A stretch of DNA of 43,567 nt from Escherichia phage IK_ECO1. Every line of letters begins with the position of its first letter. The stretch's first letter is position 1. The DNA lies in sequence record PP975109.1. One strand, written 5' to 3'. Under the pieces are notes generated by a model. That model searched no databases. It had not been told where the DNA came from and worked only from the letters and a program-made list of their open reading frames with translations. Positions 36,519 through 43,567 of this stretch are shown here, piece after piece. The position numbers were made by a program, and so were the translations under genes.

Positions 36519-38987
36519 ATGATTAGCGCCCTGAATACGGTTGTAGTACCAGAGGAAGCACTGGTGGAACGCCAGTTGGAGCTTGAAGAGACCTACAAGA
36601 TTCGCGGCATTGAACGTGCTCGCAAATTGATTACCGATGCTCTACAAAACGGCGGGATTATGAACCTGCCTATGACTCAGCGCATGCTAACCTCTGCGTA
36701 CGACGTGGCCTCTGCAGCCATTGAGGAAATGCGTAATGTCAAAGCCCCGGGTATCGGTGGAAAGTACCGCCGATTCCTACGCTTAGTCCCCTTGGATGTC
36801 CTAACTACTCTGAGCCTGTGCACAATGTTTGAGGCGTTCAGTGTTGCCCCTGGTGAGTCCGCCAGTCGCCGCCAGACAGCTCAGGCAGTGATGTCCGCTC
36901 TGGGTAGGAATGTACAGTCAGAGCTGCTGGCCCTACAACTACGTAATGTTGCTCCAGCGTATATGGACCGGGTATATGAATACCTCACTGAGCGCCGTAC
37001 TAAGTCACCTACGCACATTCTGCGTACGCTCCGCGCCAGTGCTGAGAACGTGCACTATGGGCATGAGCCTTGGACCAACGCTCATAATATTTCTGTGGGA
37101 CGTCTGCTGTGTTCCGCAGTGTTTGAGACGGGGCTGTTCCAGTGGAAGACTGGTAGCGGGAACTTGAGTATGCTCTATCCCGCAGATAATGTTATGGAAG
37201 CATTTCAGCAGTTAGTGGAATCTGCTGACACTGTAACTATGAAGCCTCCGATGCTGGTACCGCCGGTGCAACATACTACACTGTGGGATGGTGGATACCT
37301 CACCCCAATCGATAACCGTGGGACGTACCACAACTCACACATTGACCGCGCCAGACTGCGTGAAGTAGCGGAAGCATTTAAGTCTGCGGACGGTATCAAG
37401 AAGGCACTTAATAAGGCGCAGGAAACCCCTTATCGCATTAATAAGCGAATACTGGAACTGGTACAAGAAGCACGGGCCTTAGGTATTGGTGTAGGTATGC
37501 CGCGCTCAGTGCCAGAGCCGAAACCTGAGTGGTACTTAGATGGTGTACCAAAAGAGAATTACACCGAGGAGGAACTCGACCGCTTCGGAGAGTGGAAGAC
37601 GCGCATGTCCTTATGGTACAGCGCCGACCGTAAACGTGTGTCGCAACTACGTAGTCTATTGACCACGCTAGAGATGGCAGAGGAATTCAAAGATGAGAAA
37701 GCCCTATACTTCCCAACCTGTGTGGATTGGCGGTACCGGCTGTACTTCAAGTCCTCACTGCACCCCCAAGGTTCTGATTTGCAGAAGGCACTTCTTGAAT
37801 TCGGACGAGGTAAACCTCTGGGAGAGAGAGGGTTATTCTGGCTTAAAGTGCACGTCGCTACCTGTTTTGGTTATGACAAAACCCTATTCGAAGACCGTGC
37901 AGCTTGGGTTGATGCAAACTTTGCAGAGATTGAGCAGCTCGCGGATTCTCCTTTTGATTGCCCTGCTTTTACCTCCGCCGACAGCCCTTGGTGCTTCCTG
38001 GCAGCCGCTATCGACTTGGTTAATGCTGTACGTTCTGGATGCCCAGAAGAGTATATTAGCCGAATCCCAGTTGCTATGGATGCTACAAACTCAGGTGGTC
38101 AGCACCTCTCAGCGCTCCTGAGAGACCCTGTAGGCGGGCGTCTGACTAACCTGTACTGGGAGGGTAACGACAAGAAAGCGGACCTGTATATGGACGTGAA
38201 GCGCCGTACGGACGAGAAGGTGATACTGGACCTGGACAAAGAGGATTTCGTTATCCAGAGCACGTACTGGAGAGAGAACGAAATCACTCGAAGCATGACC
38301 AAGCGTCCTAGCATGACCTACTTCTACAGCGCCACGGTGCGCAGCTGCAGCGACTACATCTTTGCAGGGGCCTGTGAAGAGGGGTATGAAGGAACAGACA
38401 CGCACAGTCTCTGGAACCTTTCCTGCTACCTTGCCCCTAGGATGCGTAGCGCTATCGAGGAAGCTAACCCGGCAGCAGCAGCAGCTATGGGGTATCTGCA
38501 GAACCTCGCTAGGCGTGTACCTGCTAGTCAGCACCTGCAGTGGAAGACCCCGCTAGGGGGGCTGGTGATGAACCGGTACTCTCAACGAGAGGAGGTGCGT
38601 GTACGTATTGACTGCATGAACTTGTCTGCCGTGCTGGTGCACAACCGTGACTTTAAGACCTGTAATAAGCGCAAGGCCGCCTCTGGTATTGCCCCGAACT
38701 TTGTACATAGCCTGGATAGCACACACCTCATGATGGTGCTCTGTGCTGCAGAAGGTATAGATATTATACCTATTCACGATTCGATGGCTACTCACGCATC
38801 TGACGTTGATGCTCTGCACCGCCATATCCGTGAACAGTTTGTGAAGCTGTACGAGGAGCATGATCTTCTGGGGGATATTACCCGAGCAGCTGCTGAAGCG
38901 GGGGCAGATCTTACAGACCTGGAGATGCCTGCAATAGGTACTTTGGACATCCGACAAGTACTGGAATCACCCTTCTTCTTCTCATAA
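36519..38987 (+). CDS. DNA-directed RNA polymerase, single-subunit T7-type, 822 aa
   Basis: Catalytic-region motifs AMDATNSGGQHLSALL (T7 DGSCSGIQHFSAML equivalent) and IPIHDSMATHASD (T7 HDSFGT equivalent); size. Confidence 0.9.
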   Translation: MISALNTVVVPEEALVERQLELEETYKIRGIERARKLITDALQNGGIMNLPMTQRMLTSAYDVASAAIEEMRNVKAPGIGGKYRRFLRLVPLDVLTTLSLCTMFEAFSVAPGESASRRQTAQAVMSALGRNVQSELLALQLRNVAPAYMDRVYEYLTERRTKSPTHILRTLRASAENVHYGHEPWTNAHNISVGRLLCSAVFETGLFQWKTGSGNLSMLYPADNVMEAFQQLVESADTVTMKPPMLVPPVQHTTLWDGGYLTPIDNRGTYHNSHIDRARLREVAEAFKSADGIKKALNKAQETPYRINKRILELVQEARALGIGVGMPRSVPEPKPEWYLDGVPKENYTEEELDRFGEWKTRMSLWYSADRKRVSQLRSLLTTLEMAEEFKDEKALYFPTCVDWRYRLYFKSSLHPQGSDLQKALLEFGRGKPLGERGLFWLKVHVATCFGYDKTLFEDRAAWVDANFAEIEQLADSPFDCPAFTSADSPWCFLAAAIDLVNAVRSGCPEEYISRIPVAMDATNSGGQHLSALLRDPVGGRLTNLYWEGNDKKADLYMDVKRRTDEKVILDLDKEDFVIQSTYWRENEITRSMTKRPSMTYFYSATVRSCSDYIFAGACEEGYEGTDTHSLWNLSCYLAPRMRSAIEEANPAAAAAMGYLQNLARRVPASQHLQWKTPLGGLVMNRYSQREEVRVRIDCMNLSAVLVHNRDFKTCNKRKAASGIAPNFVHSLDSTHLMMVLCAAEGIDIIPIHDSMATHASDVDALHRHIREQFVKLYEEHDLLGDITRAAAEAGADLTDLEMPAIGTLDIRQVLESPFFFS

Positions 38988-38993
38988 AATTTA

Positions 38994-39010
38994 ATGTTAC
39001 AGGAGTAGGA
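38994..39010 (+). promoter_or_regulatory. Copy of repeated motif atgttacaggagtagga directly downstream of the RNAP gene, abutting the ATG of the next gene; candidate phage RNAP promoter
   Basis: Exact identity with copies at 7085 and 18310; position analogous to T7 promoters just downstream of gene 1. Confidence 0.4.
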
Positions 39011-39454
39011 ATGAAGTTAAAACACACTAGTAAAACACCCAATACTCACTCACTAAAAGTTCTGCATAAGCACGATGATATTAGAGAAGCAGTGAGGGCT
39101 CTGCACGAACTTGGTCACGGCATTAGTCGGGGCCTTACCACAGAGCAACACTATTGGAGAGTACTAAAAAGTATACTAGGTAAACAGTATATACTAGGAG
39201 TCTATGACTCCCGGGGCGACTTAGTAGGTGCTGTCAGTTACTACCCGGAAGCTGTAGAGGACTGCCATTACGTAGAGCCTGTGTTGTACACAGACTTCTT
39301 CGTATTGAAACCAGGAAACAGTGAGGCAATGCTTGTAGTTATGAAGGGTCTGCAAGCAATCGCTAAGTGTATGCGAGCTGGGCGCATCGCCATTAGTCGC
39401 AATACATCGGATAATACTTACAAAACAACTTACCATTTAGTGAGGTCAGCATGA
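39011..39454 (+). CDS. Hypothetical protein, 147 aa, possibly GNAT-like acetyltransferase fold; lower GC than neighbours
   Basis: ORF with AT-rich codon usage; weak resemblance to GNAT core (ILGVYDSRGDLVGAVSYY … FFVLKPGNSEAMLVVMKGL); speculative. Confidence 0.3.
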   Translation: MKLKHTSKTPNTHSLKVLHKHDDIREAVRALHELGHGISRGLTTEQHYWRVLKSILGKQYILGVYDSRGDLVGAVSYYPEAVEDCHYVEPVLYTDFFVLKPGNSEAMLVVMKGLQAIAKCMRAGRIAISRNTSDNTYKTTYHLVRSA

Positions 39455-39714
39455 GCGGTGGATTAGGTAAACTGTTAGGTAAGGCCACGGATATGCTTGG
39501 CCTTACTGATAACGAAGGATTAGAACAACAGCAGCGTATGGCTGAGCAGCAGGCTGAAGCAGCAAAACAGCAGGCAGCCTTAGAGGCGAACAGTGCAGCT
39601 GACAATATTACTGAGGTAAACCCCTCCGGCGCGGCCTCTGCATCTGCAGATGCAATTACGTCTGAGCAGAAGAAACGGCGACAGGCAGGGCAGAGCAACC
39701 CCCTGGGCCTGTAA
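39451..39714 (+). CDS. Hypothetical protein, 87 aa, Gln/Ala-rich
   Basis: ATGA overlap with upstream gene; precedes portal. Confidence 0.4.
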   Translation: MSGGLGKLLGKATDMLGLTDNEGLEQQQRMAEQQAEAAKQQAALEANSAADNITEVNPSGAASASADAITSEQKKRRQAGQSNPLGL

Positions 39715-39723
39715 GGAGGAAGC

Positions 39724-41319
39724 TTGGACTATAAAAAGACATTAGCGGAACTGTTCCTGGGGGACCAGGATGCTGGCGTACTGGATGCGTCAGAGAAGTT
39801 TGCTGAGTGGACGCTACCTACAATCTTTACCCGAGAGCTCTATACTGATGGGCGGCGTATGCAGCTTAGTCGAGACTATCAGAGTACAGGTGCTCAGCTG
39901 GTCAATACAGCAGCGACTAAAATTGTAGGTGCATTATTCCCGCAAGGTACTAGCTTCTTCCGGTTCTCTAAGAGTGCAGCCCTTGACAACTTTATTAGTA
40001 GTCTGGGAAGTTCTAGCACTGCGGAATCCCGTTTATCCGAGGTAGAGAACACCGCCTCTCAGAAGGTGTTTGAGAAGGATGGGTATGCTGCTAAGCTTCA
40101 AGCTGTGAAGTTGCTGCTTATCACCGGGAACGCATTGGAGTATATCGATGAAAGAACCGGGAAATCCATTATCTACTCGGTCCGTAACTTTACCGTTCGA
40201 AGGGATGGTAGCGGGAACGTGCTGCGACTCATTATCAAAGAGCGCGCCAGCATCCAGGACCTCCCAGAAGACATTCAAAAAGCACACTACAATGGTCGAG
40301 ACCCATACAGCGACATTGATATCTACACTGCCGCTTGTCGTAAGATTAAGCACCTTCCAAATGGGGAAGAAGCAGTAAGCTATGAGGTGTATCAAGAAGT
40401 TGATGGCCGTCGCCTAGGCGAGAGCAGCACATACCCTGAGCTGGAACTTCCGTATAACGTATTGGTGTGGAACCTGGTTAACGGTGAGCACTACGGACGC
40501 GGTCTAGTGGAAGACTATGCGGGTGACTTTGCGCGACTGTCTGTGCTGACAGAGGCGTTGACCAACTACGAGATTGAGGCTTCCCGCCTTATCCCTATGG
40601 TTGATGCTAGTTCTGGACTGGATGTGGATGAGTTCTCTCAAGCCGAGACCGGTGAGGCAGTACAGGTTGGTGGTGGTGGTAGTAATGGTAACACCAAGTC
40701 CCCTGTAACAGCTTACGAGGGTGGTGCAGCTCAAAAGATTCAGTGGATTGCTAGCGACATTCAGATGCTTGAGCAGAAACTGGCTCGTGCGTTTATGTAC
40801 ACCGGCAATGCTCGACAGGGTGAGCGTGTAACTGCTTATGAGATTCGTCAGAATGCTAAAGAGGCAGAGTACGCTATGGGTGGTGGATTCAGCATCCTCA
40901 GTGACTCCTGGCTGCGTAAGCTCGCGTACCTGTATACTATCGTGGCATATCCTAAGTTCAAGGTGTATCTCACCGAGGGTGTAGTGGATATCAACGTGAT
41001 GGTAGGTACTGCAGCACTAGCTAAAGCAGCAGCAGCAGATAAACTGCTAGAAGCTACCCAGGCTATGCAGCTGGCTATTCCTGTTCTCAAACAGCTTACC
41101 CCACGCTTCAATGAGGATGCTTGTGTAGACTGGTATCTGGATGCGTACGGTATCGTAAGTGGACCGTTCATGCTCACAGAGGAGCAGTTGCAAGAGAAGC
41201 AGCAGGTTCAAGAGAACGCAGCGGCGGCATCAGCAGCTCAAGCGCAATCGCAGGTACAAGATCTCCAGGCAGCGGATCCTACCGTAGCGGGACAACAACT
41301 AGGCCTGTTACCGGGCTAA
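39724..41319 (+). CDS. Portal (head-tail connector) protein, 531 aa, TTG start
   Basis: RBS aaggagga 5 nt upstream of TTG; size matches T7 gp8; position before scaffold and capsid. Confidence 0.55.
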   Translation: MDYKKTLAELFLGDQDAGVLDASEKFAEWTLPTIFTRELYTDGRRMQLSRDYQSTGAQLVNTAATKIVGALFPQGTSFFRFSKSAALDNFISSLGSSSTAESRLSEVENTASQKVFEKDGYAAKLQAVKLLLITGNALEYIDERTGKSIIYSVRNFTVRRDGSGNVLRLIIKERASIQDLPEDIQKAHYNGRDPYSDIDIYTAACRKIKHLPNGEEAVSYEVYQEVDGRRLGESSTYPELELPYNVLVWNLVNGEHYGRGLVEDYAGDFARLSVLTEALTNYEIEASRLIPMVDASSGLDVDEFSQAETGEAVQVGGGGSNGNTKSPVTAYEGGAAQKIQWIASDIQMLEQKLARAFMYTGNARQGERVTAYEIRQNAKEAEYAMGGGFSILSDSWLRKLAYLYTIVAYPKFKVYLTEGVVDINVMVGTAALAKAAAADKLLEATQAMQLAIPVLKQLTPRFNEDACVDWYLDAYGIVSGPFMLTEEQLQEKQQVQENAAAASAAQAQSQVQDLQAADPTVAGQQLGLLPG

Positions 41320-41333
41320 CAACAGAGGTATAA

Positions 41334-42206
41334 ATGGACGGCGTAGAAACCACTCAAACTAACGTAACAACTACCCAGGTAGAGAACCAAGGCGGCCCTA
41401 AGATTCCGGGCCTGGGCGCTCCTCTTAACGCCCCAAATAATCAGGGTGTGCAGGATGCGCAGATCTCTATGCAGCAGCAACAGGGCAAAGATTCCCCTGC
41501 ACCTGCAGTAGTTCCGGCAGTAGCTCCAGCACAGATTCCTCTGGATATCGAAGCCCTAAAAGCGGCCCTTAATGACAAGGGTGGCGATAGCACCAAAGAG
41601 CAGCCTCAGGAGCTGGCTCAAACAGGCAACCCGACGATTGATGCCGGTGTAGCAATGTTGAAGCAAGTCTCTGGGTTAACTGACTCGGACATGGTGCGGG
41701 CACTTAGTAAGGCCCTGGAGTATCAGGACCCTAACCTAATCGATACGGCCTTCATCAAGGAGCGCTTCGGTGAGCACGCTGCGTATGCAGAGCTGCTGGC
41801 TAAGGCATATCTTGAAGACCAGGTGGGACAAGCCACTAAGGCTGTACAGGAAGCGTATGACCTCGTAGGCGGGAAGGAGAATTGGGAGGTAGCAGCGCAG
41901 CTGTTTAATTCCAAGGCCCCAGAGCCTCTACGTAAGGCTGCACGAGTCCTGGCTGATTCTGGTGAGCTTAAACAGGCAGCAGAGTTAGTGGCAGGTTACT
42001 GCCGTGATATGGGTCTTATCAAGACCTCAAATCCATTGGTACGTGGTGTCCCTGGCAACAATGCCTTGTCCGCTGCGGACTTCAAAGTAGAGTATGCTAA
42101 ACTGCGTCAGGAGGCAGGGAACCGAAGCTTGGAATCCCAGCAGTTCAGTCAACGTTATCACGATTTACTCGCACGCCGTGAAGCCGGTAAACGCGTAGGT
42201 CTTTAA
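41334..42206 (+). CDS. Scaffolding protein, 290 aa
   Basis: Position between portal and capsid; acidic, Ala/Gln-rich, helical composition. Confidence 0.5.
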   Translation: MDGVETTQTNVTTTQVENQGGPKIPGLGAPLNAPNNQGVQDAQISMQQQQGKDSPAPAVVPAVAPAQIPLDIEALKAALNDKGGDSTKEQPQELAQTGNPTIDAGVAMLKQVSGLTDSDMVRALSKALEYQDPNLIDTAFIKERFGEHAAYAELLAKAYLEDQVGQATKAVQEAYDLVGGKENWEVAAQLFNSKAPEPLRKAARVLADSGELKQAAELVAGYCRDMGLIKTSNPLVRGVPGNNALSAADFKVEYAKLRQEAGNRSLESQQFSQRYHDLLARREAGKRVGL

Positions 42207-42230
42207 TATCATTTAAAAGGAAAGTAATAC

Positions 42231-43250
42231 ATGGCAGATACTATTTATAAAGCTGGTGACACTCGTCCACATTGGGGCGGCGCGGCGTCCGACGTCGATA
42301 TTCACCTGGAAGTGTACCAGAACGAAGTGGACACCCGCTTCCAGTACCAGGCGCTGTTCCTAGGCCTCTCTAGCCAGCGCTCTATCAGCGGCTCTAACAC
42401 CTACCGTATCGACCGCCTGAATACCTCTGCGGTGAAGGGTCGTCGTTCCGGTGAAGCGCTGGATAGCACTCCGGTCCGTAACGATAAGATGATTATCGTA
42501 GTGGATACGGTGCTGTACATCCGTAACCCAATCGACTACCAGGACGACTGGACTGGTCCGGACTTCCTCTCTGAGATGGGTCAGAACAACGGTTCTGAGT
42601 TCGCAGAGACCTTCGACCAGGCGCACCTGATTCAGCTCATCAAGGGCCGTTCCTGGGTTGCGCCAGCGCACCTGAAGCCTGCGTTCAACGACGGTATTGA
42701 AGTCGGTGCCTCCATCCTCGTAGCAGGTAGTACTCCAGATAAGCAGCTGACCCAGGCTGAGATGGAAGCCAACGCCATGAACATCAACCTGGCTCACAAG
42801 GCTGGTATTGATGAGCTCATCAAGCGTAAGACCCCGCTGATGGATATGATTACTCTGGTGGACGTAGATACCTACTCCCGACTGTTGGAGCATCCGAAGC
42901 TGTTAAATATTGAGTTCGGTGCAACCAACGACGACGGTTACAAGAACCGCCGAGTTGTGAAGATGAACGGTGTGCCGGTAGTAGAGTGCACCGAGTTCCC
43001 GACCGAAGCTGGTACGCACCCGCTGGGTACAGCTTACACGGTCACTGAGGATGATGCGAAATGCCGCATGGTGACTTTCAGTAAGTCCAAGACCTTGGTG
43101 ACGGTGGAAGCTAAACCGTTCACTTCTCGTATCTGGGATGACCAGCGCGAGTTCAACAACGTTCTGGACTGCTACGCGATGTATAACATCGGTCTGCGTC
43201 GTCCGGATACCGCCGCAGTGACTAAGTTCACCTTCACCACCAAAGTCTGA
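42231..43250 (+). CDS. Major capsid protein, 339 aa
   Basis: Strong RBS aaaggaaag; codon usage of a highly expressed gene; size near T7 gp10A; strong terminator downstream. Confidence 0.6.
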   Translation: MADTIYKAGDTRPHWGGAASDVDIHLEVYQNEVDTRFQYQALFLGLSSQRSISGSNTYRIDRLNTSAVKGRRSGEALDSTPVRNDKMIIVVDTVLYIRNPIDYQDDWTGPDFLSEMGQNNGSEFAETFDQAHLIQLIKGRSWVAPAHLKPAFNDGIEVGASILVAGSTPDKQLTQAEMEANAMNINLAHKAGIDELIKRKTPLMDMITLVDVDTYSRLLEHPKLLNIEFGATNDDGYKNRRVVKMNGVPVVECTEFPTEAGTHPLGTAYTVTEDDAKCRMVTFSKSKTLVTVEAKPFTSRIWDDQREFNNVLDCYAMYNIGLRRPDTAAVTKFTFTTKV

Positions 43251-43261
43251 TTGGAGGTTAA

Positions 43262-43459
43262 ATGGCAGTAATCGCCGTGTTCGGTCTGGAGACTCTCCAG
43301 GCCAACGCCGCTCAACGTGAGGCGGTCAAGGCCGCCTCTGAAGTGGCAAAGAATATCCAAGTAGGTTCAGTTGAGTCTGGCCGTAAAGCTACTAAACGTA
43401 CCCGTAAAGCTGTAGATGCAGTAACTGATGCAGTCACTAGTACGGAAACTACAAAGTAA
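43262..43459 (+). CDS. Hypothetical small protein, 65 aa, downstream of capsid gene
   Basis: RBS ggaggt before ATG; lies between capsid gene and terminator. Confidence 0.4.
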   Translation: MAVIAVFGLETLQANAAQREAVKAASEVAKNIQVGSVESGRKATKRTRKAVDAVTDAVTSTETTK

Positions 43460-43463
43460 TATG

Positions 43464-43502
43464 CGCCCCTGGTGCCTTCGGGTGCCAGGGGCTTTTTTTT
43501 TT
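43464..43502 (+). terminator. Rho-independent terminator: 12-bp stem gcccctggtgcc / ggtgccaggggc, UUCG loop, T11 tail
   Basis: Seen in sequence; lies after the capsid gene cluster, analogous to T7 T-phi; the T-run is also the start of the window. Confidence 0.8.
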
Positions 43503-43567
43503 TGTCCCTGTCTTAAGGGTCCTAGGGGTCTTTAATAGAGGAACAAATATGAGAGAATTAGATGCTG

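Noticed and set aside
1-43567. Prophage or integrative element (integrase, attachment sites, flanking host genes)
   Set aside because: No integrase, repressor, tRNA or host-like genes; the gene content is that of a strictly lytic T7-supergroup podophage.

Overview
The window looks like one complete unit genome of a T7-supergroup podophage (Autographiviridae-like), about 43,490 bp, written as a circularly permuted contig; the first 77 nt recur at the window end. All convincing genes are on the + strand. The order is: virion genes (tail tubular A/B, internal virion proteins, tail fiber), terminase small and large subunits, a lysis cassette (lipoprotein with C-terminal TM, holin, lysozyme with SAR-like N-terminus), a beta-helix tailspike/depolymerase, a 1.8 kb repeat-rich non-coding region with sigma70-like promoters, small early genes, a replication module (primase, helicase, family-A DNA polymerase, 5'-3' exonuclease, endonuclease VII, DUF3310, three HNH endonucleases), a single-subunit RNA polymerase, then portal, scaffold and major capsid followed by a strong terminator. 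The RNA polymerase sitting directly upstream of the structural module is the phiKMV-like arrangement; size, composition and the terminal depolymerase would fit KP34-like Klebsiella podophages, but that is inference without a database search. No tRNA, CRISPR array, integrase or transposase was found. The most interesting signals are a 17-nt motif repeated exactly three times (plus one variant), a three-copy stem-loop family with compensatory base changes, small barrel-like proteins each sitting just upstream of an HNH gene, a u-spanin-like lysis gene, and several unassigned early proteins. Product calls rest on motifs read by eye and on synteny; no similarity search was run.
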